Source of the DNA: Rhina ancylostomus
Taxonomy: Eukaryota
DNA: 64,000 nucleotides
NCBI GenBank assembly: GCA_030265395.1
Contig: JARFYF010000094.1
Coordinates: 94,596,880-94,660,879 of the forward strand
Reading direction: 5' to 3'
Each line of letters opens with the position of its first letter. The first letter of the stretch is position 1. This document shows, one piece after another, positions 23,986 to 37,016 of the stretch. Position numbers and translations under genes: made by a program. The notes below the pieces were generated by a model that did no database searches, was not told the origin of the DNA, and saw only the letters and a program-made list of their open reading frames with translations.

Positions 23986-24619
23986 GCTCTGCCAGCGCAT
24001 AGTCTGAAGAGCTCGCCTGATTTACTCAACACTCTGTGTAACTTAATCGTCGGCTTCCAGACACTATTGAAGGATTCCTTTACATTTGGGCTTTCCCATA
24101 CTAATCATGTATTTAAAACTATTTGGAGAGAAGTATTCAGCATACTTCAATCATTTAATTTCTATGATAGCAAATTCTGTATTTCTGACAGAATAATTTA
24201 ATTAAGAAATCATATTGCCAAGTTAGTCATTTTAACAATAATGAAACATGGGTCATTGATCTCCATATTGCTGTTATGTACATCTGAAAAGGTGGCTTGA
24301 ATGTTCAAGTCAAGTGTTTTATGCTGGACAGTGAATTCATTCTTCATTTAATTTAGTTTATTATTTATACAGAAAGGTTACTGATAACTGGCAGCTCACA
24401 CATCACACATGGTCATTCAGGATCTGAAGCACAGCTCTTTTAAACCTCTGTTATTGGTTAGAAATTAAAATCAATATTATTCCACAGTAGTATCCTTAAC
24501 TGCCAATAATATCCTGTCCACACTTAGTTTATTTAAGTCTCCATCCATCATAAGGGCAGAAATGGGATGTTAACTGATGATGCATAATGTTCAATTCTCT
24601 TCACATGCTGAAATGGCCC

Positions 24620-25415
24620 ATACTACATTCAGCAAGACCTAGATAACATTCAGACACGGGCTGATAACTGGCAAGTAACATTCTTGCCACAACCATTTCT
24701 GACGAGAGAGTTTAAGCTCCTACCCTTGACGTTCAATGACATTGCTAACAAAAGTCTCCTGCCATCAACATCCTGGGGGTCGCCATTGACCAGAAACTGA
24801 ACTAGACCATGCACATAAATACTGCAGCTACAAGCGCAGGTCAGAGGGTATCCTGCAGCGCATGGCTCACTTCCTGACATCCCAAAGCCACAAGGCACAA
24901 GTCAAGAGTGTGATGGAATACTTTTGCCTTGCATGAATGAGAGCAGCTACAACAAGACTCAAGAAGGTCAACACCAGGACAAAACAGCCCACTTGATTTT
25001 CACCCAACCACCACCCTAAACATCCATTCCCTACTCCATCATTGCACAATGGCTGTGTCATCTACAAAATATCTTGCAGTTAGTTGCCCAGGTTCCCCTG
25101 ACAGAACTTCCCAAACCCGCAACCTCTGATATCAAGAAGGACAAGGGCAGCTGGAGCTTGGGTACACCAAAACCAGTAGATTTCCTCCCAAATCATGCAT
25201 TGTCCTGATTTGAAAATATATCGCTGTTTCTTCATGAACACCGGGTTTAATTCCCGGAACTCCCCACCCAAATGCATTAAGAGTGTCCACCACCAGATGG
25301 ACTGCAGTATTCAAGAAGGCAATTCACCATCACTTTCTCAAGGGCAATCAGGGAAGTGCTATAAATGCAGGTCTTGTGAGTGATCCCCAGGTCCCCAAAA
25401 ATGAATTTAAAAATG
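24620..25415 (+). mobile_element. CR1/L2-group LINE 3' part (a family distinct from the dominant CR1)
   Basis: Translates IQQDLDNIQTRADNWQVTFLP, INILGVAIDQKLN and KAQVKSVMEY. Tail: ttcaagaaggc...ttctcaagggcaatcaggg...ataaatgc...atgaatttaaaa. Confidence 0.75.
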
Positions 25416-25930
25416 CATTGAATGATTTTCTACAGTACCTTTAAAAGTAGTTACTGAGATGCAAATATGATCAAGAGCATAGAATTTTCAATATCAGCTG
25501 GAAGATTTATTTCTGTGGAAGAAATGAAAAAGATGTAGACAGTACACTGCGTTGGCATGGGCAGCAGTGAACATTGGAGGAGATATGAGTGAAGGTGATC
25601 ACTTTGGAATTTCAGTCTGTTCACTAATGATACTAAAGCACAGGAGCTCATCAAAGTTTCTCTACTGATTCACTTTATCCTGGCACAAACATATATTCTG
25701 GTAGATACCCCCTTTGTATGAAGGACAGCTTTTGAGGTATTTCTTTTCCAAATTTGAATTTTTATATCAGATTAGTATCAAAGAATTGTTTCAGCACAAA
25801 AGGAGGCTATTCAGCCTTTCAAGTCAATGCCAGCTCCTGTCACTCCCATTTCCCTTTTTTTCCTTTAGTCCAGGAAATCAATTTCCTTCAAGTGTCTTTC
25901 AAATTCCCATTTGAATGCTCAGATGATATA

Positions 25931-26435
25931 TCAGAATCAGTTTTTATTGTCACTTCCATACACACTTACAACATGCATGGGAGCGAAATACTGTACTCCA
26001 CAGATCAAGGTGCTGGTCACATTAAGGACAATAAGAGACATGCAAAGACATAAAGACATTAACAACATTGGAATCGCATTAAAAAAGAGACTAGAATAAA
26101 AAAACAGCTTAAAATGAACGTACTGATGCCACAGTCAGACATGTAAAGTGCTGGTGCATTTTTGTACGCCTAGCATCCTTTAGGGTTGGAGGAAGGGATG
26201 GAGGGATGGGGGCAGCATTTTGAGGGAATTCATAGTTCTGATGGCTTGTGGGAAAAAGCTATTGCACAATCAGTTTGTTCTTGCACGGATGCACCAGAGC
26301 CTTCTTCCGGATGGCAAGGGGTGCAAAGAGGTGGTGGGAGGGGTGAGAAGGGTCAGACATTACGTGTGTTGCTTTTCTGACACGACGGTCCATATATATG
26401 TCTGTAATAGAGGGTAGAGAGACACCCACAATCTT
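25931..26435 (-). mobile_element. Rex1/Babar LINE 3' end, same family as 30000-31100
   Basis: Colinear with and highly similar to 30000-30505. Confidence 0.85.
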
Positions 26436-27404
26436 CATTGAAAGATAGAGAGTTCAACACTGAGTCTGGTACTGGCCAAGCAAATTTATGAGCAGAACAA
26501 TTCATTTTCTAATTCTGACTTCTCCACGAGTATCAGTAACTCCTCTTTACAGCTATCCCTCTAATGCCAAAATCGCCAATGAGAACCGTAGATTATTACA
26601 CTTGTAATATGCAACACAGGTAGATGGGCTGTGAAAGACACCAACAATGTCACTGAGTGCTTGGCAGAGTCAAGAGATGAATGAACTTCTGCATTCCTAT
26701 AGGCTCTTCAGTGGATGCACTGTCAGAACAACCACTGACTCTGGAAGATAGCCGACTGTACGGGATCTGAAACTGCAAGTATGGATTAATGTTAATTCCA
26801 AAATTTAACTGGTTCTCTATTGAATAATCTTTGACGAGTGATGACATCTGCAGCTTCTCAATGAATCATCATGCCAGTAACGACCTCTTGCTTTCAATTT
26901 TTAAAAAAGTCACCTATTTCTGGATCTCCTGAACACTCTGAGGCAGGAGCGAATGAAGTGATTATAAGTTGGGTCACTGCTTTCTTCCTTGGGTCACTTT
27001 GTTTCCGCATGAACGTTATTCAGTGGAGCTGGGTTGCCGTCATAGAGAAGGAACATGCATTATTCAGGCTGAGGAATGAAATAATCTCCAGATGATTCAA
27101 TTTCAGTACCAAAATGAGCCTATAATATAAGGTAGTACTTACAATACTAATGCAGGATATTGAGACCTTGATGCATGAGAAGTCAAAGATAAACTAGAAG
27201 CCTTCCATCACAAACTCTTGTGTCAAGTACTGTAGGTGTTGTCAAGAAACTCTGCTTTGCTAATTTGCAGAAGAAGATACTGCAACAGAAGGGAGAGCCA
27301 ACAGCAGCGGTGGTTGAGACACCAAAATCATAAAGTATTGAGGACAGGGAAGGAAATGGGCAAAATGAGTAAAAACCTTTCACACCATGTTAAGACTCAA
27401 GGTG

Positions 27405-27718
27405 AATGGTCACGGTCTTTTTTCCCAGGGGAGTCTAAAACTAGAGGACATAGACTTCAGGTGGGAGAGGAAATATTTAAAAGGGACCTGAGGGGCAAGT
27501 TTTTCACACAGAGGGTGGTGGGTAGATGGAACAAGCTGCCAGAGGAAGTGGTGGAGGTGAGTATAATTAGTGTTTATAAGACATTTGGACAGGCACATGG
27601 ACAAGAAAGGTTAAGAGGGAAATGGGCAGGCAAATGGTACTAGCTTGGAGAGACATCTTGGTTGGCATGGATGGGTTGGCTCAAAGGAGCTGTTTCTGTG
27701 ATGTATAACTCTATGACA
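27405..27718 (+). mobile_element. CR1 (HER1-like) 3' end
   Basis: SKTRGHRLQV...FKRDLRGKFFTQRVVGRWNKLPEEVVE, with tail gtataactctatgac. Confidence 0.9.
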
Positions 27719-28362
27719 AAAACATTCAATAAGGTTGCTAATATCAGGAAATGACTGCTGTCCAACATAGTTGGCATTGATTTAACATTTTCTTGCCTTG
27801 CAAGCTCTGGTGACTCATTATTTCTTGTTGTTGTGCTCCTGATAATCACAGTTTGCTCTTCTTGGCATCTGGTTTTTAATTCGTATTAAAGGGAATCAAA
27901 GGATATGGGATGAGTGCGGCTGAGGTAAAAGATCAGCCAATGACCTTAATGAAAGGGTAAGCAGATATGAAGGGTTGAATGGCCTCTTCCTGATTCTATA
28001 CCTTATGCCCTTGTATTCAATGGTTCTGTCCTTAACCAGTCTCTTTTGTTTGAACCTTCTATATTGTAGCAGGGGTGCCTGAAACCGAGTACAAAGAACA
28101 GACAACTGCTCAGTTCTTCTCTGTGTCAATACCTCATAGTTTGGAAGAGCAGAGGAGACCACTCGGCCCCTTGTATTTGTCCCGGCTCTTTCGAAGAGGC
28201 ATTCAAATAATATTCTATTGCGGCAACTTCAGTTTCACTGCTCACAAGATGTTCTCACAGCANNNNNNNNNNNNNNNNNNNNNNNNNNNNNNNNNNNNNN
28301 NNNNNNNNNNNNNNNNNNNNNNNNNNNNNNNNNNNNNNNNNNNNNNNNNNNNNNNNNNNNNN

Positions 28363-28615
28363 TGTGCAAGACAAGTTTTTCACTGTACCTCGGTACAAGT
28401 GACAATAATAAGCCAATACATGCTGCTTGACCTGCTGAGTTCCTCCAGCAGATTGTTTGTTGCTCCAGATTCCAGCATCTGCAGTCTCTCTCGTGTGTCC
28501 AGGGAATGGAGGGACGTGGATCAAGTGCAGGCAGACGGGATTAGTTTAAATTGGCATCGTGGTCAGCACAGACCTGGTGGGCCAAACGGCTTGTTCCTGT
28601 GCTATGTTCTGCGTG
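28363..28615 (+). mobile_element. Composite: Rex/Babar tail + Penelope module tail + CR1 tail
   Basis: cactgtacctcggtacaagtgacaataataagccaatac, then gctgcttgacctgctgagttcctccagc...gcagtctc, then ggtgggccaaacggcttgttcctgtgct. Confidence 0.7.
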
Positions 28616-29019
28616 GCACTGTTTAATTCGAAGGGTGTGATGCAGAGGGAGGGACGCATCAGCCCAGGTGCGCTGGACTGCAGCCATCTGCTGCTGGGGC
28701 TCCTAGGGTGTCCAGTGTGATGCGAGTGGGTGGACTGCTCGGTGAATCACAGGCCAAAGATTCAGTGATAAACGTCAATACAATGGAAGCAACCTATCCA
28801 ACACAGACCAACACTGCCACCTCCTGGCAGGCCTGCAGAGGACACGGAAAACTAAAAGCAGCCCCATGACACAAACATCTGACCACAGCTCATCCAGCAA
28901 AGCAAATAAATCCTTACGATACCTGTCCTTAAATCCCTTCCATTTTTTCCATCTCTGTCATCTGCACCAGCCTGGAGTTCTCTGCTCCAATCCCCGATTG
29001 AAGAGGCTACAGTGAGTGG

Positions 29020-29500
29020 TGGGACTCAGCCAGTTCTTTCACGGGTACAGCACTCCCCACCATCGAGGACATCTATGATGATGTCTCAGGAAGGTGACAT
29101 CCATCATCAGGGACCCCCTCCATCCGGGCCGTGCCCTCTTCTCAATGCTGCCGTCAGGCAGGAGGTACAGGAGCCTGAAGACCCCACACCTCAAGGTTCA
29201 ACAACAGCTTCTTCCCCACTGCCGTCAGAGTCTTGAACCCACCGGAAAATCACTAACGCCACCTCGAGCCGTTTTTTTTTCCGTTCTTCCAATCTTTCAC
29301 TTACGTTATTATCTTTGTTTCATTGTTAAATTTGCACATGTAAGTTACATAACTCATGTTAGTTTAAGTTTATGTTAACTTATACTTGTCTTTGTCTTGT
29401 AATGTGCAACGCTGTTGCTGCAGGAGGGTGATTTTCATGGCATTTGCACCCCCTGTATGTTCGTCCATGACAATAAACTTGAACTTGAACATAAACTTGA
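29020..29500 (+). mobile_element. Rex1/Babar LINE 3' end with (CTTGAA)n tail
   Basis: SIIRDPLHPGRALFSMLPSGRRYRSLK...NSFFPTAVR, ending gacaataaacttgaacttgaac. Confidence 0.85.
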
Positions 29501-29739
29501 ACAGAATACTAAGCGGGGTGGTGCGATTGCCTTGGGGTCGGAGGACCTAGGGGGTACAGATGCATCATTTCCCCTCCCACCCTACCCTTTCACTGCAGAA
29601 AAATGAATCACCTGAGCAAATAGTGTGGAGTGATTTCTTCAAAATAGACCCAAAGACGTTCAGCCAAGGGGAATGATTGCGCTCTCTACATCTGAGCCGT
29701 GGATTGGGGCCCTCTGCTGGTCAAACGCTACGTCCCGTT

Positions 29740-29995
29740 AAATTGGTAAATTGGTCAATTGGTTTATTGTTGTCCGAAGTACAGTGAAAAACATTTCTTG
29801 CATATCGTCCATACGAATCAATTCACTACAACAGTGCATTGAGGTAGTACAAGGTAAAACTATAACAGGGTGCAGAATAAAGCATTACAGTTCTAGAGAA
29901 AGTGCAGTGCAGGTAGACATAAGGTGCAAGGTCAGAACAAGGTAGATTGTGAGGTCAAGAGTCCACCTCATCGTATAAGGGAACAAATCAAAAGT
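29740..29995 (-). mobile_element. Rex1/Babar 3' UTR with (CCAATT)-type tail
   Basis: aattggtaaattggtcaattggtttattgttgtc...gtgaggtcaagagtcca. Same family as 38780-38992(+), 47875-48090(-) and 50685-50935(-). Confidence 0.75.
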
Positions 29996-29999
29996 TTTA

Positions 30000-31100
30000 T
30001 CAGAATCAGAATCAATTTATTGTCACTTCCAATTCACTTTCAGCATGCATGGGAGCGAAATACCGTACTCCACAGATTGAGGTGCTGGTCACATTAAAGA
30101 CAATAAGAGGCACAAAGACAGAAAGACATTAACGACATTGGACCTGTATTAAAAAGAGACCCGAATAAAAAAACAGCTTAAAATGGATGTACTGATGCCA
30201 CAGTCATCAGACACTTAAAGTGCTGGGGCATTTTTGTATGCCTAGCATCCTTCAGTTTTGGAGGGAGGGATGAAGGGATGGGGAGCAGCATTTTGAGGGA
30301 GTTCATGGTTCTGCTGGCTTGTGGGAAAAAGCTATTGCACAGTCTGGTAGTTCTTGCACGGCTGCTCTGGAGCCTCCTTCTGGATGGCAAGGGTGCAAAA
30401 AGGTGGTGGGAGGGGTGAGAAGGGTCAGACATTATGTTTGTGGCCTTTCTGACACATCGGTCCGTATATATGTCCGCAATGGAGGGTAGAGAGACACCTA
30501 TAATCTTTTCTGCAGGGACTTTCGTCCAGCGGCTGAACAGCTCCCATACCAGATGGTGATGCAGTGTGTCAGGATACTCCCAATGGTTCCTCTATAAAAT
30601 GTTTTCATGATGGATGGAGGGGAGTTCACTTTCCTCAATCTCCGCAGGGAGCAGAGGCGTTTCTGGGCTTTCTTAATGAGGGCTGTGGCGTTGATGGACC
30701 AGTTCAGGTCGTCGGCGATGTGCACCCCCAGGACCTGGTGCTGCTGATTTGTTCCATCACAGACCCGTTGATGGTCAGCGGGGCGTGCACACGCCGACCC
30801 TTCCTGAAGCCCACTACCATCTCCCCACATTCAGGGAGAGCTTGTTCCTGCACCACAAGGCCAGTTGCCTCACCTCCTCTCTGCAGTGCGTTTGATCGTT
30901 GTTCGTGACGAGACCCACCACTGTCGTGTCGTCGGCCAATTTAACAATGTGATTGGAGCTGGATCTGGCCTCGCCGTCGTGAGTCGGCGACGTGAACAGG
31001 GGCGGGCTGAGCACACAGCCCTGAGGGGAGCCAGTGCTCAGTGTGATGGTGCTCGAGGTTTTCTCCCCTATTTTGACTAACTGTGGCCTGCACGTGAGAA
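30000..31100 (-). mobile_element. Rex1/Babar LINE, 5'-truncated, with frameshifted RT C-terminal half
   Basis: Translates TGSPQGCVLSPPLF, IVKLADDTTVVGLVTNND, LGVHIADDLNWS...KKAQKRL..LRRLRK...FYRGTI.SILT.CITIWYG and DPSHPSHHLF.PLPS.RR...TTRL.NSFFPQA. Has a (TCTGAT)n tail. Confidence 0.9.
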
Positions 31101-32399
31101 AGTGAGAAAGAATATCCTGTTCATATAAAGATTTAACATGTTAAAATACAGCAATAATCATAAAACTAGTTCCTTAACCTGACGAACAGGCAGTCTTGCA
31201 CCTGGTCGCAGAAAACCCAATCCAAGGTAATGATGAAATTGGATTTCCCATGTGACAGATACCTGTGGACTGATTAACCTGTATTTCAGTCTTTGCGATT
31301 TTGCAGCACATTCTCCAAGGAGAAGGCTAAGTAGGTGATTGTGGGGGTGGGATAGAGGGGAGGATTGAATTCAGTTTGATTGATGAGAAGGAAAAATAGT
31401 CTCTGATTACATTTCACAAATCTGCAGAAGCTAAATATTAGCTGTTAGGTTTACAGGAGACCATAAACTATGAACTACAAATGATTAAAGATTCCTTTAA
31501 TGCTCAAGTGACTTTCTCTGTACTTTATTACACTAACAAGATGGTGATTGAACAAATGATTATTTATGATTCAATTCCTGTTAGCCTAAGGAAAGGGTTC
31601 TATAAATGTGAATATGCACAATTCTATTTAATATGTTGAACATTACCAGAGAATCAGTTTATAATGGCTTACATCAATAATATAACGATTGTACTTTAAC
31701 GAAAGAAACATATATTGATTTGAATCCTGCTGCATCCATGCTGAAGTGACCTTATCAAATGTGATGGTAAATTTGAAAAGGTTTCTACATGTTTTATAAT
31801 ACTAATAAAGTATTGCAGTGCGCTTGATGCCATAAGCCATGCACAATAGTTTCTCATGTGTAAGTCCATTACAAAGTGAGTTCCTGAGCTGCCAAAAGAG
31901 GAAAGGCACGTGGTTGAAAAACAGCTACTTATCCTGCTACTCTCATGCAACTTTTAACAGAGTAACACGCAGTGATGATATCTCTAGAGGCCTGGTAGCA
32001 CAAACCCACCTCCGTCACTGCTCCTTGCTTTCTGCTGGACTGGCAATTTTAAAATCTGCCTTTGTATCTAAGGTTGCACTAAGCCAGTGGTAAAAGGATT
32101 GCTTAGATGCCAATGTCATTGATAGTAGGCATCCATGGAAATATTCAAAGAGAGATTTGCAGTTTTAAAAAATTAATTCTGCACCAATTAAAGAGCCATT
32201 TCCTGCCTTTACATAATATACAGTCTCTTGGCACTGCTTTGTGTAATACTAAGTGGTGTGTGGCAGCAGGTCCCAGGGCTGTTCCCAATCACTCTTTCTT
32301 ACAGAACAAAACAAATGAGCCATATTCCCCCATACAGTGGGACCCATCATGCCCAAACTTTCTTAACCTGAGTTTGCCTGGAATTTGCTTTTTTCTACA

Positions 32400-34500
32400 A
32401 CTGACAACAGTACTAGAACAGTTGGTGGGCCTAAACGCTGATAAATCCCAAGACCTGATCTACCGCGGAGGGTTTTGAAAGACTTGGCTATAGAGAGAGG
32501 AAACACTCCGGTTACCATCTTCCAAAATTCTATGGATTCTGGAATTGTTTCTTTGACTTAGAAGGTAACAAATGTGACTCCCCCCCCCCACACACACATT
32601 TAAGAAGGGAGAGTGAGAGAAAACAGGGAACTACCAACCTGTAAGCCTAATGTCAGAGGTGGGGAAGGAGCTGGAGTCTATAGTGAAAGGTGCAATATCA
32701 TAAAAGACTACCTTGAAAAGAATAGTAGGACTCAGCAGAGTCAACATGAAATTATGAAAGGAAAATCATGCGTGACTAATCTACTGGAATTTATTAAGGA
32801 TATGATGAGGAGACTAGATAAGTGGAGCCAGTGGACGTGGTGTATAGTAAAACTCAGATAATCCATTACCTGATTGTTTGGAAATACTGATAGTTTGGCA
32901 CCTGGCTCCTTCATTGTTCCAGACCGTAGGGAGCTTGTGCAGAAGAACCGAGGTCTGGAATGTGGGCCAGATGTGCAGTCAGCGCCAGCATCAGGAATAC
33001 AGGACAGTGAGTAGGTTTGTGGCAGAAGCCAGGATCAGGAACACGGGTCGGTTTGAAGCTGGAGCTGGAGTCCAGTGTGATAATATGTTTTGAACTAGCT
33101 GAAATTTACAAGCTGAAACTTACTGGTTTCTAATCCCTATTCCCTTTAAATTCACTGAGTTCAACTGAAAAATTTATTATACTACTGTATATCATGTAAT
33201 AAAAGTACATGGGATAATAACATGTCTAACATTCCAGAAAATATGTCATACCTCCACCACCTGAGTCTTGAGGGTGGTGAATTATCGGAGTATTGCGGTA
33301 TTTGGATTTTCAGGAAGTTTTCAATAAGTTCCCACAGAGGGGGTTGGTGAAGAAGGTTAGAACACACAGAGTTGGAAGTTATATAAGGTATGGATTGAAA
33401 AGTCGTAATTAGACGTAAAACAAAAAGAGGGAATAAACAGATTGTTCCCAGATTGGTGGGCTGTGACTAATAAGGTCTGGCAGGGATCAGTCCCTGGGCT
33501 CCAGCTATTCAATCTAACAACCACTGATAGGGCCTGGCAGCGATTGGTCCTGGGTCCCAGCTATTCTCTGTTATTCTCTGTATCAGTGAATAGGCAGAGG
33601 AATCAAATGTCATATTTCCAACTTTGCTGAAGATACAAAATTGCATAGGGAAGAGAATGTAAAGAGTTTCAAGGAGGTATAGACAAGCTGGGTCATTAGG
33701 TAAGGACATGGTAGATGGGATATAATATGGAAAATGTGAAGTTATCCACTTTAGGGTATAAAACAGAAAAAACAGAGAAATATTTACATAGTGAGAGACT
33801 GTGTAATGGTGATGTTCAAAGGGACCTGGATGTGCTTCCAAACAAGTCTCCTATGGTCATCTTGTTTATGTGCAGCAAGAGATTAGGAAGGGAAGTAGTA
33901 CATTGGCCTTTATTATGAGAGGATTGGAGCAAAGGAGTAAAGATTTCTCACTGCATTTATAGTGAGCCTTGGTAAGACTGCACGTGGAGCATTGTGTTAG
34001 TTTTGGTCTCCTTATCTAAAGACGATATACTTCCATTGGAGGGAGAGCAGCAAAGATTCACTGGACTGGTTCCAAGAATGGCAGGCTTGCCTTATGAGAA
34101 GAGATTGAGTCAACTAAGTCTGTACTCATCACAGCTGAAAAGAATGAGAGGAGATCTTATTGAAACTTACAATATCCCTACACAGCAGGAGAGACTGGAT
34201 ATAGGAAGGATGTTTCCCTGGGCCAGGGACTGTAGAACCAGGGGTTGCAGTCTCAGAACATGGGGTTGAACGGAGACATTTCTTCAGGTAGAGGACAATG
34301 AATCTTTGGAATTCTCTGCCCTAAAGAGCCCAGCCACTGAGTTCACTCAGAACAGAAATCGATAGATTTCTGTATATTAAGGTAATCAAAGGATATGAAG
34401 ATTTCGCAGAGAAATGACATTGAGGTAGAAGATCAGCCATGATGTTGATGAATGGTGGAGCAGACACAAAGGGTCAAGGGACCACCCTCAGCTCTGCTTT
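32400..34500 (+). mobile_element. CR1 LINE, about 1.6 kb of decayed ORF2 RT region + 3' UTR, interrupted by a MITE
   Basis: QSQHEIMKGKSCVTNLLEF, VDVVY|LDFQ, SNFAEDTKL, LEGEQQRFTGLVPRMAGLPYEKRL...RMRGDLIETY. Confidence 0.9.
32845..33298. mobile_element. Tc1/mariner (pogo/Tigger-like) MITE with TA duplication
   Basis: Degenerate TIRs TAGTAAAACTCAGATAATCC and GAATTATCGGAGTATTGCGG (14/20 match), with TA on both sides. Removing the insert restores CR1 VDVVYLDFQ. Confidence 0.75.
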
Positions 34501-35299
34501 TCATGTGACTATCATAATGATATGATGATGATTGAACAGACTGACTGCAGCTTTCAGGCCAGATCCCTCAGAAACAACACATTTTAGGCTCCAGAGGAGC
34601 CCAACTGGCGAAAGGAAAATTAAAACTTCAGATTCAATTATTGTTCCAAATTGAACAGTTCCAAATCTTTACACTAGCAGTAGAAGTGCATGCGTCTGCC
34701 ATTTCAGTCTCTAGTCTGAGCATGTCTCCCCAATCCCTCATTGTAAAATATGTATAATCAAACAGAAAATCAGATTGTGAATGGATGGAGCTGTGATAAA
34801 GTGGAAATGAGCAGTTGTTAAATTCATGAATTTTAATCAAGTTTCATCCTCTTTAGGAACTGGAACAATCACATTCATCCATGAAGATATCAAATCCTTT
34901 TTGCATTTAAAATGCTATGGTCAGAATCATCATTCATATATCATATTTTATGGGAAATTTTGATGAGAAATTCATCCTGAATTGGTGACACTGAACATAT
35001 CATTAGTAGCATTCAGCATGTTCTGCTCTGCAACTGAAATTCTTTGCATTAAAGTCAATGAACTTAATTTCAGGGGCAAGGTTTATCCTACTGACAATGC
35101 TGTATAACATATATAGCACCACTAACTGGGATGAACTTACAGGCCATTGTATCTTTATTCTGATTTTATTGTATAATTTTAGACTCTGATAATGGTCACA
35201 GTGATTAAAAATTTCCCAGAAGGGTCCCTATGTTAATTACTACAAATTACTCAGAAAACCAGCTACAGGAGGAACCTGGCAACACATTGGTTGTCCTAA

Positions 35300-35660
35300 T
35301 TCATTCTCAGGATGTGGTTGTCACTGGAAAAGCCAGCACTTGTTGTTGACCCTTTCACTGTCTGATCCTGTGTGCACCAAGATTTACTACATTGTCAGGA
35401 CATTTCAGGAGACAGGCAAAAGCAAATTGCATGGCTGGGTCTGGAGAAAGGCAAGTTAAGGATGACAAGCCTCCCTCCTTGAGAAATATCAGTGAACCAG
35501 AGAGATTCTTTTAGGACAGTCAGGGTCACCCATCCTAGTGTTAAATTTTCCTTCCAAAACTTCTTTCATTACATGAATGGAACTAAAGTGGGATTGAAAC
35601 TTGGGTGTTCAGATCAATGGTTCAGAACTTGAGATCCTAATGCTGTAACACCATACTGTG
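35300..35660 (-). mobile_element. SINE of the 22665-23022 family
   Basis: ggatgtggttgtcactggaaaagccagcacttgttg...agtgaaccag...gtgggattgaaac. Confidence 0.6.
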
Positions 35661-36848
35661 GTAACGTAACTGGAAATGCTATACATTAGAATCATAGGAA
35701 TTTACAGCTCTGAAGGAGGTCATTCAGCCCATTTTCTTAACGCTGGCCAAAAATGGAGCTAGCTAAGTTACTTCCACACAGCAGCTCTCAGTTCACCACC
35801 CTGTAGTTAGAGCAGTTCATTTGCAGGCCCCTGCACTCAGCCAATAAAGGCAAATTCACTTTCTTAACCACCATATCTACCTGTTCTGCTACCTTTGCTG
35901 CATTGGTATCCAGAGGTGGGCACTATTAATTGAGAGTCATTAGTTCAAATCCAACAAAATCAAACAACTAATAAATGTCAGAAGAGAAAGCTAAGTGTCA
36001 GCATTTTTACTCCAAATAAGTATATATTAATGCAAGTATAGAAATAGAGTGAAGCAAACCGCTGCTCTTATTTCTGAGATAGAGATAAGCAGTTGAATGC
36101 ATTTTAATTCTGCTGGCTTAGTGAGTAATCATCTGACCTGCTGCTCTCTAGCTTTCTACCTGAGAGTTGCTTGGCAAACCTTTGACAATCCTGCCAAACC
36201 TAGAGTAATGCCATCTCTCCCTTTGGCAAATGCTTCACTGTGCTGGGTTAGGGTTAGGGAAACTGCATGACCAGCACTCACTCACACTGGGGATGCCCCT
36301 ATTAATGGTGCCACCTTGCCACCCAAAACTATTATTTGATCCTCACCACAGGCAACACCTGACAACCAAAACCTGGGCCGCTTTTTTTAATATACATCCA
36401 ACAGTTGCTCCATGATAAGTTTTGAACTGGCTTACCAATAGATTGACTTGACTACTCCATGTCAATGACAGTTTATTTCAGCTGAATGTAAGAGACTTTC
36501 TATGAGATAATTTACCATACACAAGTAGTGGAACTACTTGGAAACTTGGAAAAAATTGGATCCAAGGAACATTTCAGGGAGCAAATTGCAGGGTACTAGT
36601 TGGTATCTGTTCCCAATATTGGCTTCAGTATTTGGATGGTCCATGCGATATTGAGTGAAAAAAGTCCTAGACATCAAAATGGAAAAAAAGCTCATGGTTA
36701 TAATGCACCTCGTGCTTGAATATTTAAAAGAAAAACTGGGAACAAGATNNNNNNNNNNNNNNNNNNNNNNNNNNNNNNNNNNNNNNNNNNNNNNNNNNNN
36801 NNNNNNNNNNNNNNNNNNNNNNNNNNNNNNNNNNNNNNNNNNNNNNNN

Positions 36849-37016
36849 AATCTGAAATAAAAACAGAAATGTTGGAAGTACTCACCAGGTCAGAGAGCTT
36901 CTGTGGAAGGAGAAACAAAGTTAAGGATTGTTGATCTAAATCATTAACACTGTTTGTCTTTCCACAGGTGCTGCCTGGCCTGCTAAGTGTTTCCACCGTT
37001 TTCTGTTTTATTTCAT
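36849..37016. repeat. Head-to-head inverted pair of Penelope terminal modules (older subfamily)
   Basis: 36849-36924 is the diverged reverse complement of 36943-37015. Confidence 0.75.

Noticed and set aside
33470-33570. Tandem duplicate of the QGS.LGP.LF segment inside CR1
   Set aside because: A small local duplication in a dead element; no functional implication seen.
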